The notes beneath the pieces are model-generated. The model saw nothing but the letters and a program-made list of their open reading frames with translations, made no database searches and was not told the DNA's origin. Positions 42,020 through 52,065 of a stretch of DNA of 64,000 nt are shown in pieces. The stretch is from a virus. Its lineage: Duplodnaviria > Caudoviricetes. The translations under genes and the position numbers were made by a program. Position 1 is the stretch's first letter. Every line of letters starts with the position of its first letter. The stretch spans positions 28,108-92,107 of the IMG/VR virus record IMGVR_UViG_3300028416_000009. One strand, written 5' to 3'.

Positions 42020-42095
42020 AAATTTTTATATTTTGCTTTATTTATAATAGAAATAAATGTAAACTTACAATAGTAAAAACACAATAAAATAGTAT

Positions 42096-42983
42096 ATGTC
42101 TAATACACAATTAAGTACAATTGCCACCCTCGTCTCTAGTAAGATGAATAACATCATAGGGAAGGTAAACGAACATACAAACCAAAAAGCTGATATTGAT
42201 AGTCCGTCATTTACAGGTGATGTTTCTATTCAAAACTTAGGAAGTGATTTAGTACCGTCTAATAACGGATTATATAATTTAGGTTCTTCAACTAAGAGGT
42301 ATGGGAAAACATACACTGAAGAATTATATGTGTCAGATATTTTAAAAGTCACTAAAGAATCGAATAGCGTTATTTTTAGATTTACTTCGAGTGATACTAC
42401 AATTACAGATAGTATTGCAATTACTGACGGAGGAAAAGTAAAAATTAGTGATTCATATTCATTACCGTCATCTGATGGTACATTAGGACAAGTAATGGCA
42501 ACCGATGGTAATGGTAACGTCATCTTTAAGACAATTGAAAATGAATCGGCAGATTTCGCACAATACATACTAAGTACTGATTTTACTTCTGATGGTTCTA
42601 CAACATCATATACAGTAGAGGCGACAACATTAAATAAAGTTCTTTATGTGGAGTTAAATGGTCTTATACAGAAGAAGGGTACTGACTATACTGTTAGTGG
42701 TAAGGTTATTACATTCGCTGAAGCTCCACAGTCGGGGATGTCAGGTACTATCATGTTTTGGGGTAATGATATTACGTCAGCAGTTTCTACTACAGATATC
42801 ATAGGAAATGGTTCTACATCTAACTACACTACGACGGATACTTTAAATAAGGCTATATTAGTCGAAGTTAACGGACTCATCCAAAAGAAAGGTGTGAACT
42901 ATACTGTAAATGTCGTTAATAGTCGAATAGAATTTACTGACCCACTTCCATCAGGTTCTACAGGTACAATAGTCCACGTATAA
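42096..42983 (+). CDS. Tail/baseplate structural protein with two repeated beta domains
   Basis: KADIDSPSFTG, LPSSDGTLGQVMATDGNG; two copies of GST..YT...VE.NGLIQKKG..YTV. Confidence 0.7.
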   Translation: MSNTQLSTIATLVSSKMNNIIGKVNEHTNQKADIDSPSFTGDVSIQNLGSDLVPSNNGLYNLGSSTKRYGKTYTEELYVSDILKVTKESNSVIFRFTSSDTTITDSIAITDGGKVKISDSYSLPSSDGTLGQVMATDGNGNVIFKTIENESADFAQYILSTDFTSDGSTTSYTVEATTLNKVLYVELNGLIQKKGTDYTVSGKVITFAEAPQSGMSGTIMFWGNDITSAVSTTDIIGNGSTSNYTTTDTLNKAILVEVNGLIQKKGVNYTVNVVNSRIEFTDPLPSGSTGTIVHV

Positions 42984-42984
42984 T

Positions 42985-43248
42985 CGACGAAGTCGTTTCC
43001 GGCGTACGAAAGACACTACAAAGTTAATTAAACTCATCAGAAACGATGGGTTTTCTTTTTTATAGACAATCTCAACAATCCGACGAAGTCGTTTCCGGCG
43101 CATGAAAGGGACTACAAAGTTAATTAAATCGATGGTTTTACGAGGGAAATCGTCAATAATTTAAAAAGACCCCCATTCAGACATTTCTTCAACAAAACCA
43201 CCAACCGACGAAGGTCGTTACCGGCGTATGAAAGACACTACAAAGTTA
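42985..43248. repeat. Three ~43-48 bp direct repeats with unique 48 and 77 bp spacers
   Basis: CGACGAAG(G)TCGTT(T/A)CCGGCG(T/C)A(C/T)GAAAG(AC/GG)ACTACAAAGTTA at 42985, 43081, 43206. Confidence 0.9.
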
Positions 43249-43352
43249 GTTTTAGACTTCTAATTTATATCTCTTAAGAATATTACAAAATACATCAGTA
43301 ATTCGTTAACCCACTCCCATTCGGTCGTGGCAAACACGATTTACAGATTTAC

Positions 43353-44183
43353 TTATAATGAGTGAGAAGGATATTCAGAGGAAGAAGTGTTTAGTTCTAT
43401 ACCTAATAACTCATTAAATAATGGGTTTATATGTTTAGCAACTGAAGGGAGTAAGGGTAATGTGAACTCATACGAAGGGTGTGTATAAATTTCAATGTCT
43501 CCGACATTAATGTTCATGGGACACATTTTTATTAGTTCCTTCTGATACTCCATTACAGAATCACATAAAACCTGTGATAAGGAATCATCTTCCATATACT
43601 CAGTAAACTGATGTACAATGTGAGGATGATGTTTATCTAAAAGGTATTTACTATAATCATCTTCATCAGGGTACGGAAGGAGGATATCCTTAAGATAATC
43701 TTCTTCAGTTATGTTTAATCCGTAGTTATCATCTATTACGTTTAATTTAAGGAATATCTCTCTTAGTATACAGTATTCTAATATCATTATATTAGGAACA
43801 TCATCTAAGTGATTATTATCCAAGATATCCTTATAGGTTTCAAATAAAAGGTATCTCATATCATTCGTTACAGAGACTTCAATTAAACGTACAAAGTGTT
43901 TATCCATAGGGTTACTCACATTATAGTTTATAAGTTTACTATCACATTTAAGTATTAGTTCTCTTAATGTAAGTATTTCTTGAATATATCTTTCATTATC
44001 CTTATACTTAGTAAGGATACCATGTACTACATCATATACAGGTATTTTGAATCTATTATCCCATATACTTTCTTTAAGAATCTTATATGTTGATAAATTT
44101 ACTTTCATTACTATGATATTAATATTTGGAAAGATTATATTTGTATTACTTAGAAAGTAATCAAAGGTCCGCGGCCTTACCAC
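43353..44183 (-). CDS. Hypothetical protein adjacent to repeat array (start may be ~44108)
   Basis: Long ORF; no recognised motif. Confidence 0.55.
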   Translation of the reverse strand: MVRPRTFDYFLSNTNIIFPNINIIVMKVNLSTYKILKESIWDNRFKIPVYDVVHGILTKYKDNERYIQEILTLRELILKCDSKLINYNVSNPMDKHFVRLIEVSVTNDMRYLLFETYKDILDNNHLDDVPNIMILEYCILREIFLKLNVIDDNYGLNITEEDYLKDILLPYPDEDDYSKYLLDKHHPHIVHQFTEYMEDDSLSQVLCDSVMEYQKELIKMCPMNINVGDIEIYTHPSYEFTLPLLPSVAKHINPLFNELLGIELNTSSSEYPSHSL

Positions 44184-44498
44184 ATAAAATAATATATATA
44201 GAGAAAAAAAAGTATAGTGTTACAGAGGGAAGAGATAGAACGTATAGAAAAACAAAGGTATAGAATCGTAGAAACTAAGATTCGTAATATAGTCTCTTAT
44301 GTGGTAGAATATAGAACCTTTAATTATATCATCTTTAAAACATGGAAACCCATAGTGATGTGTAATACCTTCGATGAATGTGTGAAAAAGATAGACCGTT
44401 TAGTTAGTTTAAAAATAAGTGAATTTTAATTTGTCTTTTACGAATAAATAGATTAATATAATTATATGGGTTCATAAATTAATACCCTTAATAGAATT

Positions 44499-44840
44499 AT
44501 GTCAGAAAATAATAACAAAAACAATGTTAGTGGTAGTCCAAAACCTAAGAAAAGGAGATACTACCATAACAATAACAATAAGAAGAAGAAAGAGACTTCA
44601 GGTCCTAAAATACAACCTAAAAGTTATACCCCTAAAACAAAACAAATAGACACCTTTACTGAGTTACAATACTCCGATAAGGTTATATATGTGTTAGGTG
44701 GGGTTACGTTAATTGCGTCAATCGCTATGTGGTTCATGGGTCATAGAGAAGAAGCTACCTATATTGGTGTTTGGGTACCTGGTATCTTTAGTGCTGGTAC
44801 CTTCATAAGATTTTCATTAACAAGAGCTAAGAGAAGATAA
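44499..44840 (+). CDS. Small membrane protein
   Basis: Two C-terminal TM segments; YIGVWVPGI. Confidence 0.6.
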   Translation: MSENNNKNNVSGSPKPKKRRYYHNNNNKKKKETSGPKIQPKSYTPKTKQIDTFTELQYSDKVIYVLGGVTLIASIAMWFMGHREEATYIGVWVPGIFSAGTFIRFSLTRAKRR

Positions 44841-45100
44841 AATGGATAACTACATAGTATTATATGGTATAGTTGTTTTTGTCGTGTTTATTAAATACGC
44901 ATGGATAGAATATATTGTAATGAGAAAGAATCCTTCTAAATATAGAAAGGACTTTGTCAGTAATACAACACGTAGAGAAATTATCTTTGAAATACTTCAC
45001 AAATTATATACACACCCTACCTTTACTAAAGGAAATAAATCTTCTGTGACCGATAATATAACAACGATTAGGTCGGTCGTTAAACAATACCTTAAAGATA

Positions 45101-45730
45101 GTGAGTCTAATGATGAGAACCCCAAAGATAGAAAGAATAAAGGTAGGTGATTACTACGTTTATACTACGGAATTTCAAAAAATAAAAGATTTAGACGACG
45201 ATAAGTTAATTAAAGATATATGGTCTGATGATTATTTAGGTACTAATAAGAATGAAGATGGTGTTATAGTAGACCAAGGACCTGGGGTACATTTTTCATT
45301 GGATGTTGATAACTTACCTTACTTCGCAAATGACCCTTATTGGTTTGCATTGACATTCGCTCGTTCACTCAGAAGTTTAGAGGGTAAAAATTTAGACTTA
45401 CTTAATTCTACATTATGGATTATTGCCGCACAGGACGAACATACACCATATTGGCATACACATCGTAAAAATATCGCAGACCCAAGAATTGAAGGTGATG
45501 ATAATCAGGTCGATTCGACTTATTCGTTTTCCTTTTACTTAAACACTTTAGAGTGTGGTTCCCCATATTCTGATTTATTATTTGCACACAAAGAAGACGT
45601 ATACTCAATGCCGGTTACTAAAGGTAAGATGTGTTTCTTTGATGGTGATGTATTTCATAAACCAAAGTTAGTACCTAAAGAATTTGGTTGGAGGTATTGT
45701 ATTGCGGGTGACTTACTATTTCATGAATAG
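45101..45730 (+). CDS. 2OG-Fe(II) oxygenase-like protein
   Basis: WHTH...FYL...FDGDVFH.P...RYCIAGD. Confidence 0.65.
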   Translation: MSLMMRTPKIERIKVGDYYVYTTEFQKIKDLDDDKLIKDIWSDDYLGTNKNEDGVIVDQGPGVHFSLDVDNLPYFANDPYWFALTFARSLRSLEGKNLDLLNSTLWIIAAQDEHTPYWHTHRKNIADPRIEGDDNQVDSTYSFSFYLNTLECGSPYSDLLFAHKEDVYSMPVTKGKMCFFDGDVFHKPKLVPKEFGWRYCIAGDLLFHE

Positions 45731-45732
45731 AT

Positions 45733-46872
45733 ATGTTAGATAACCTACTAAGTAAATTAAAGGATAGTGTGGATGGTAACACGTTCAGTAAGGTAAGAAC
45801 GTTACTAAGTTTAGAACCGACTGTTTATGATAAGTCATATGATTTCCCAAATCGAGGTGGTGATATTGCCGTTGTATGGTATCTATTTGGTTTAAAACCT
45901 GAGTATATATATTTGGGATATTATTCCGTAGTATCTTTCTTACGTAGAACCGATTTAAAAGATTTTGACAGATACATATGTGTTCCTGAAGACTATGCGT
46001 TTATGGAATATATGCCGTTGTTTGAAGAGTTAGGTTTTAAAATACATACATCGTCATATCATTTCAAAGCACTTAAACCTGATTCATCTCTAATCGATAA
46101 CTATGATTACTTAATCACGTTAGACACTGACATATATTCTTTTGATGTTAGTGGGAATAGATACCCTTATTTTGAAGGTATTGAAGAGTTAGTTAAGTCC
46201 TACCGTAAGATTGGTGTTCGTCTTCCTTTTATGTGTGCCTCTTTAAACACAGGGTTTGGTCATCACATTAATAGACTTTCCGATATTATTTCAATTATTT
46301 CAGATGAGCCTGAGAAAACTAGAATAAATAAATACATATGGGAGTCAGAACATTATGATGGTGAAACTGCGTTTGATAATATTATAACTACGGATAAGTC
46401 TGACGATATACTATTCATTTTAAACTCAGTTGTTGATTACCTATCGATACCGTTCACTAGTGAAGAGGATAAGAAAAATTTGGTTGAAAATGCTTATAAT
46501 AAGTTCTTATGTCATCCGTGGCCAGTTAATGAGATATTTTCGTATCCGACCGAAATATTTAAAAAACACGGTATTCATGAGATTATAAACAAATTCCAAT
46601 CAGTACAACGATGGTTTTGGGACGATGAATTAGTGTATAAATTATATTATACATTGTATGTTATGGACGACACCTTTTCGTTTACTCAACTAATGGGTTA
46701 TAATCATTTTGATAATACAACTAATCGTGTATATGCAAATGATAAAGACGAGGATTTAAAACCAAATACTTTATACTTCACACATCCGTTTAACGAGATT
46801 AATGTCGATGATGTGGTATCAGTGAACACATTATTAAAAAGAATCGGTTACATCCCGTCTACTAAGTCGTAG
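45733..46872 (+). CDS. Glycosyltransferase-like protein
   Basis: YLITLDTDIY DxD motif; WDDE. Confidence 0.5.
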   Translation: MLDNLLSKLKDSVDGNTFSKVRTLLSLEPTVYDKSYDFPNRGGDIAVVWYLFGLKPEYIYLGYYSVVSFLRRTDLKDFDRYICVPEDYAFMEYMPLFEELGFKIHTSSYHFKALKPDSSLIDNYDYLITLDTDIYSFDVSGNRYPYFEGIEELVKSYRKIGVRLPFMCASLNTGFGHHINRLSDIISIISDEPEKTRINKYIWESEHYDGETAFDNIITTDKSDDILFILNSVVDYLSIPFTSEEDKKNLVENAYNKFLCHPWPVNEIFSYPTEIFKKHGIHEIINKFQSVQRWFWDDELVYKLYYTLYVMDDTFSFTQLMGYNHFDNTTNRVYANDKDEDLKPNTLYFTHPFNEINVDDVVSVNTLLKRIGYIPSTKS

Positions 46873-48245
46873 AGAGTATTAATCTTAGTGATTAATGTTG
46901 TTTTTTCCGTCTGTGTTAAGAATCCTTTGTTTTCAACAAACATCTTTAGACTTGGATTACCATCATCGTTTTTTAAGTACCCTAACGTAACCTGAATTCC
47001 TTCATTAGTTAAAAGTGTAAAGTCACTGTTGTTATTCGCACCGTCAATAAGAAAGTCTAACCCAAATTTTACTGATTCGTAAAACATATCGTCACTAGTT
47101 ATGTAACCCATAGTAAAAACATCATCATACATACGTTGACTGTTAGGTGAACGGTTAACAATACTTTTAAGGATAACTAACGATGCTAAGTCTTCTTCGC
47201 CGAAGTCTTTAAGAGCCGTACCGATGTATTGTGACTCGTTAGAGTTACGTTTACCGTAATTAGTTAACCAACCCAAGTACAACCACTGAACCTCGTTTAG
47301 AAGTCGGTTATCGACCTCATCACCATTACCTACATTAGACCCGTTATCTTGACTTCTACGAGCAATGTTACCCACATCCCAAATTCCATCAGAGATAGAA
47401 AAATTCCCTAAATCGTAACCACTTAATTCTTCACCAAACTCTAAATCACTATTTGGTTTTATTACGTGTTGCATGTATAGAGTTGCCATCCAACGTTGGT
47501 AATCAAAAGATTTGTCGAAGTTGTTAAATCCGTGTTCACCTGGATTACGTTCACCCTCACTTAACTTATAGTGTGAATGAATTAGTAGAGTTTTTAAGTT
47601 TTCTTTAGTTGGGTTATCGATGTAGTTGAGGTACTCATCATCATATTCAATACCTTTTTCAGTTAATAGGTCGGTTTCAGGTAACCAATCTAAATTATCG
47701 TCATACATTGTGTTAGTCTCATCGCCCTTAAACCAACGAGGAAATTCAAAATCATATGATATCCCATCACGGAAATCCCAATTGTTAATTTCGTTGACTG
47801 TTAATGAGGTAGTTCCGTCCCAAACCTGAGATGGTTCGACACCGTTAGAGTTGTCAATACCAATCATAGTGGATAGCGACCCATTGTTGTTTGGTTGTGC
47901 GTTTAATGTTTTTAAATATGCCGCAATATGATATGACTCTTCTAATGTGATATGACCTGTAGCTCTTTTAACTACAATAGAATCTTGTTGTCTAATATCT
48001 ATTTTACCGAATTGTACGATATCGATACCTGTTGGTGATAAATGACAACTAACGCAAGAACGACCATCACTATCTTTTGAATTGAGGTATAAGTTTAACC
48101 CTAATGAAGAATCTCCGTATAAGTCAACTGAGTCGGAAATGTTGTTAGAAATTTCAATATCAACTGGTGGTACTTCAATGTATATTTCGTCTTTTTCACA
48201 AGACATTACAGTAAGTACAAAAACAAGTAGGATTAATTTTTTCAT
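46848..48245 (-). CDS. Lipoprotein with c-type heme-binding motif
   Basis: VMSC lipobox; GLNLY...SCVSCH...IAAYLKTL mono-heme cytochrome c pattern. Confidence 0.7.
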   Translation of the reverse strand: MKKLILLVFVLTVMSCEKDEIYIEVPPVDIEISNNISDSVDLYGDSSLGLNLYLNSKDSDGRSCVSCHLSPTGIDIVQFGKIDIRQQDSIVVKRATGHITLEESYHIAAYLKTLNAQPNNNGSLSTMIGIDNSNGVEPSQVWDGTTSLTVNEINNWDFRDGISYDFEFPRWFKGDETNTMYDDNLDWLPETDLLTEKGIEYDDEYLNYIDNPTKENLKTLLIHSHYKLSEGERNPGEHGFNNFDKSFDYQRWMATLYMQHVIKPNSDLEFGEELSGYDLGNFSISDGIWDVGNIARRSQDNGSNVGNGDEVDNRLLNEVQWLYLGWLTNYGKRNSNESQYIGTALKDFGEEDLASLVILKSIVNRSPNSQRMYDDVFTMGYITSDDMFYESVKFGLDFLIDGANNNSDFTLLTNEGIQVTLGYLKNDDGNPSLKMFVENKGFLTQTEKTTLITKINTLYDLVDGM

Positions 48246-48306
48246 CGGTTATCTTTTTAGATTAGATAACAAAGATAGTAAATTAAGTTTGAATTACAAA
48301 ATGTTA

Positions 48307-49233
48307 TTAGAACATCTCATCAAGAATATCATCAATTACCGAACTATCAGGAGATTCAAAACCACTATTAACTAATATTTTATGGTCCTTTTTTTCAAAT
48401 CTAAGTCCTTGATGTTCCACTTCAAACTTCCAATCGGTCGATTCATATTCACTCTTAAGATATGCAGTGTGACTACGGAAAAAACTATATTCGATTGGTG
48501 GGTCGTAATTATCACATATTTTTTCAAATTGACTTAATGTTTCCTGACCCTCTTCTAATTCCGTCACAAATTCCTTAACTCTGTCATCAATTACAACATA
48601 AGAATCGACTTCAAATTCTAATTCATAATTTTCAAATGACGTGTCTGTACCACACTCTTCACAATCAACGTTACCGTATCCCGCACATTCAGGACAATCT
48701 ATTGAATAATCACCATCACATTCTTCACAGGCAGTTAAACCAGTACCGTTACAATGTCTACAGTCATCATCATCTCCATCACAGTGTTCACATTCGACCG
48801 AACCCTCATCACATTCTTGACAGTCTACCTCAGCATAACCATCACAGATAACACAAACTATCGTCCCTTCCCCTTCACACTCTCCACAGTCATTTCTTTG
48901 TAATGATTCGTGACCCATGAAATCGATGTAATAAATAATATTTTCTTTCTTTAATACTCTTAAATATGCCTCCTCAAATAACATACCTTTAATATCCATT
49001 AGATACGCAATAAACCCAACACAATCTCTTTCAAAGGTGATAGGTACGTCTAAATTAAATTTAGAGGTCTTAATTATTTTATTAACCATTTTTTTTTCTA
49101 AAACTCTGGTGTACCACTGTAATGTAGGTTTATCAGTTTCAAACTTATGTTTATTAAGTTTAGTCACCATTAAAGCCACATTGACTAATTGTTTTATATT
49201 GTTTTTAAATGGTATTTCATCGTACTTAGACAT
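48307..49233 (-). CDS. Protein with DnaJ-like CxxCxGxG zinc-finger repeats
   Basis: Eight CxxC units, most followed by xGxG-like residues; no J-domain HPD. Confidence 0.75.
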   Translation of the reverse strand: MSKYDEIPFKNNIKQLVNVALMVTKLNKHKFETDKPTLQWYTRVLEKKMVNKIIKTSKFNLDVPITFERDCVGFIAYLMDIKGMLFEEAYLRVLKKENIIYYIDFMGHESLQRNDCGECEGEGTIVCVICDGYAEVDCQECDEGSVECEHCDGDDDDCRHCNGTGLTACEECDGDYSIDCPECAGYGNVDCEECGTDTSFENYELEFEVDSYVVIDDRVKEFVTELEEGQETLSQFEKICDNYDPPIEYSFFRSHTAYLKSEYESTDWKFEVEHQGLRFEKKDHKILVNSGFESPDSSVIDDILDEMF

Positions 49234-49332
49234 ACTTTTGTTGTTTGTGTGTTATTGACTATAAATATAAATATATATAGTTATCCGTTAATAATCTATT
49301 GACGATTATAAATAAATACTATATTTTTAGGT

Positions 49333-49497
49333 ATGAACTTGAAGTCTGATGTTTGGAATCTAATTTTAGAAACGGTTAGGAAATATCCTAATGATATGGA
49401 GTTAGGTGAATACGTTCGTCGGAAAACACTTTCATACGAAAGAAGACAACAAAGAAATAAAAATACACACTTAAAAGATAAGAATGATAGTAATTGA
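49333..49497 (+). CDS. Small hypothetical protein (54 aa)
   Basis: Manual ORF MNLKSDV...YPNDMELGEYVR. Confidence 0.55.
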   Translation: MNLKSDVWNLILETVRKYPNDMELGEYVRRKTLSYERRQQRNKNTHLKDKNDSN

Positions 49498-50104
49498 TAA
49501 TTTTGTCCAAGATGAAAATCTACTAAAAAGAATAAGAGAGTCCTTAACTCAAGAGAACTCAGAATTTTGGGGTAGTCACGGAAACTACGCTTGGTATGAA
49601 GGTTGGTGGAATAGAAAACCTGAGACATTAAGGGAAGAATTAATTGAATATATTTGGGGGACTCATTGTCCGTTAAAGGAAGATTTAAAAGTCGAAGGGT
49701 TTGAACATTGGACGGGTATTCAATCCGCTTCTGACCAAACAAAAGAGGACCATTTAAAACAACACTTTGATAAAGACGAAGACCTGTGGCATTTTACAGG
49801 AGAAGTTAAAAGACCCGTAATCGGCACCGTTTACTACCCAATAGAACACGATATTGATGGTGGTGCATTACAAGTTTGGAACACCTACGAATTAGATTAT
49901 GATGCCGGATATGAACAAATACACCCAAAACCAAATAGACTTATCATATTCGATGCAGGTCAATTACATAGAGTACAACAAGTAACGAGAGGGACTAGAT
50001 ACGCAATTGCAATCAATCTATGGGATTACAAACCATTAACTATTGAAAATATAGAATCAAAGAAAGGTACGTTCTACGAACAACAAGACCAAGGACTTAT
50101 TTAA
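49484..50104 (+). CDS. 2OG-Fe(II) oxygenase
   Basis: HFDKDE, GGAL, NRLIIFD..LHRV, RYAIAINLW. Confidence 0.85.
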   Translation: MIVIDNFVQDENLLKRIRESLTQENSEFWGSHGNYAWYEGWWNRKPETLREELIEYIWGTHCPLKEDLKVEGFEHWTGIQSASDQTKEDHLKQHFDKDEDLWHFTGEVKRPVIGTVYYPIEHDIDGGALQVWNTYELDYDAGYEQIHPKPNRLIIFDAGQLHRVQQVTRGTRYAIAINLWDYKPLTIENIESKKGTFYEQQDQGLI

Positions 50105-50302
50105 TAGAAAAAACCCTCATCAGAGGGTTTTTTTATTTATTGTCATTAATGTTGGTTTTTGGTTTAGACTTTGGTTTGTCTTCGACTTCGACCTTATTTT
50201 CTTTATCTTCTATAGGTTCATCCCAATATAAGAATTTCCATTCATCCTTTTTAACCATTTCTTGATTTTTACGTTTTATATATTTAAATTTAAATAAAAG
50301 AA

Positions 50303-50749
50303 ATGGTGGATTCAAGAAAAACCTTTATTAATATTGCATTAATTTTATCTAAACACAGTAAGTGTGTTGGGGCTCAAGTTGGTGCAGTTATAGTTAAAGA
50401 CGATAGGATACTCTCCACGGGGTATAATGGAACACCTAAAGGGTATTCTAACTGTTGTGATGTTTGGGACCATCAAATAACTCCTGAACATTATGAGTGG
50501 AGTAAAAAATATGAGATTCACGCAGAACAAAACGCAATTATATGGGCGGCTCGTAAAGGTATAGAGATTGAAGGTTCGGATATCTATACAACAATGAGGC
50601 CTTGTTCTCAGTGTACTAAACTAATTATCGGTTCAGGGATAAAAAATATTTACTATAATACGGATTACTCTAAAGAGTCTTACTTAAATAGTGAATTAGA
50701 ATCGTTCATAAACGATAATGATGTAAATCTTATACAAATCAATGTATAG
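50303..50749 (+). CDS. dCMP deaminase
   Basis: STGYNG, HAEQNA, PCSQC. Confidence 0.93.
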   Translation: MVDSRKTFINIALILSKHSKCVGAQVGAVIVKDDRILSTGYNGTPKGYSNCCDVWDHQITPEHYEWSKKYEIHAEQNAIIWAARKGIEIEGSDIYTTMRPCSQCTKLIIGSGIKNIYYNTDYSKESYLNSELESFINDNDVNLIQINV

Positions 50750-51317
50750 TTATACTATTGAAATAATCGGATTAGGGTGTGAGGTCGTAGCCTGTGAGTT
50801 AGACGGTAATGAGATGCGTAGTCTAAAAGACTACATGAAAAATAATAACATACCTTTAGAAGACATATTCAAAGAAGAGCAACACTTAAATAACATTGAT
50901 TTGGGAGTTAATTCTTGGTTTGAATTAGACGATATATGTCACGTATACGGGGCATATCCTAATAATTGTAGGGTTAAGGTTAAAGGGATTTGTAACGATA
51001 GCGTCAACATATTAACCACAACAACAATAAAAACATTCATAGACGACTATTATTCTTTAGTGGAGTTCGATAGTATACATTCAATTATGGATGAAAAAGG
51101 AGTGTTAGTCAAATCTACTCTAAAAACTAAAGAACCATTCAACCAAGATTTACTTACGTTATTAGTCACTAAAATTGAGACGTTAAAAAATCCCTTATAT
51201 TTAGTAACAGGTTTTATGTATGGGGATGAGTATCTTAAATTGGAAACTGTCATTGCTGAAGAATTACGTCTTAAAACTTATATCAATAAAACCACAGATA
51301 ATTTAATAATTTTATAG
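50742..51317 (+). CDS. Hypothetical protein, probable paralog of 58736-59347
   Basis: Similar layout and EKG motif. Confidence 0.55.
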   Translation: MYSYTIEIIGLGCEVVACELDGNEMRSLKDYMKNNNIPLEDIFKEEQHLNNIDLGVNSWFELDDICHVYGAYPNNCRVKVKGICNDSVNILTTTTIKTFIDDYYSLVEFDSIHSIMDEKGVLVKSTLKTKEPFNQDLLTLLVTKIETLKNPLYLVTGFMYGDEYLKLETVIAEELRLKTYINKTTDNLIIL

Positions 51318-51351
51318 AGTTTGGATTATTTATTATAATAATCTTTACTAT

Positions 51352-51672
51352 ATGAACGAAATTAGAAATATATCCGTTATTCAAGAGAATCTTTTACTAT
51401 GTTACGATTTAGCCAAATTAGAAGATGGTATTCGTAATATTGATTATATCTATATCAGTAGATTTTTATCGTCGTTAAGTTCAGAAGAATTAATGTCTTT
51501 ATGGACTAATTCCATTACCCCTGATTATGTTTCAGATTTAGATTTAGTGTATGACTTATGTAAATGGATAATACCTAAATTAGAAGAATTAGAATGGTAT
51601 GAGTCTTGTCATAACGTTTTAAAAGTCACTGACGATTGTGAATTGTATTTGGCAAACTTCCCTAATATTTAA
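51352..51672 (+). CDS. Small protein with UVR-like motif
   Basis: LEELEWYESCHNVLKV. Confidence 0.6.
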   Translation: MNEIRNISVIQENLLLCYDLAKLEDGIRNIDYIYISRFLSSLSSEELMSLWTNSITPDYVSDLDLVYDLCKWIIPKLEELEWYESCHNVLKVTDDCELYLANFPNI

Positions 51673-51724
51673 TTGGCACAAAAAAAACCCACTTATGTGG
51701 GTTTTATAATGTTTTCTTAGTCCT

Positions 51725-52048
51725 TTAGTTGGAAGAACCTCCACCGGCACCTGAACCTCGTACGGCTCTGCCTCCACCACCTCTGTTGTTTGATGAACTA
51801 CTTCCACCACCACCTCGTGTTGTTGTTGTTGTTGTCCCTGAACTACTTCCACCACCTCCTTGTGTTGTTGTTGTTGTTCCTGAACCATTTCCTGAACCAT
51901 TTGATGAGCTACTTCCACCACCTCCTTGTGTTGTACTAGTAGTTACATTACTGGTTGTCGTATTAGTTGTTGTTCCTGATGATTTTTTATTTTTGTAAAT
52001 CACGAACCCTACAATTACTACCGCTAAAATAATTAAAACTGTTGTCAT
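51725..52048 (-). CDS. Membrane-anchored Gly/Ser/Thr-rich low-complexity protein
   Basis: N-terminal TM helix; repeats of TTTTQGGGGSSS. Confidence 0.7.
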   Translation of the reverse strand: MTTVLIILAVVIVGFVIYKNKKSSGTTTNTTTSNVTTSTTQGGGGSSSSNGSGNGSGTTTTTQGGGGSSSGTTTTTTRGGGGSSSSNNRGGGGRAVRGSGAGGGSSN

Positions 52049-52065
52049 AATAATATATTTTTGTT

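Noticed and set aside
42980-43050. Hammerhead ribozyme on the minus strand (CTGATGAG...GAAAC)
   Set aside because: Stem II cannot close properly, there is no NUH after stem III, and CTGATGAG occurs beside only one repeat
42985-43248. Canonical CRISPR array
   Set aside because: Only three imperfect repeats, unequal 48/77-bp spacers and no cas genes in the window; kept as an unexplained repeat
43577-44017. Six TAAGGA/TCCTTA hexamers as possible iterons
   Set aside because: Irregular spacing and orientation, inside an ORF, and selected post hoc
51619-51998. Gln/Val-rich and Pro/Val-rich ORFs
   Set aside because: Alternative frames of the Gly/Thr/Ser low-complexity gene 51725-52048
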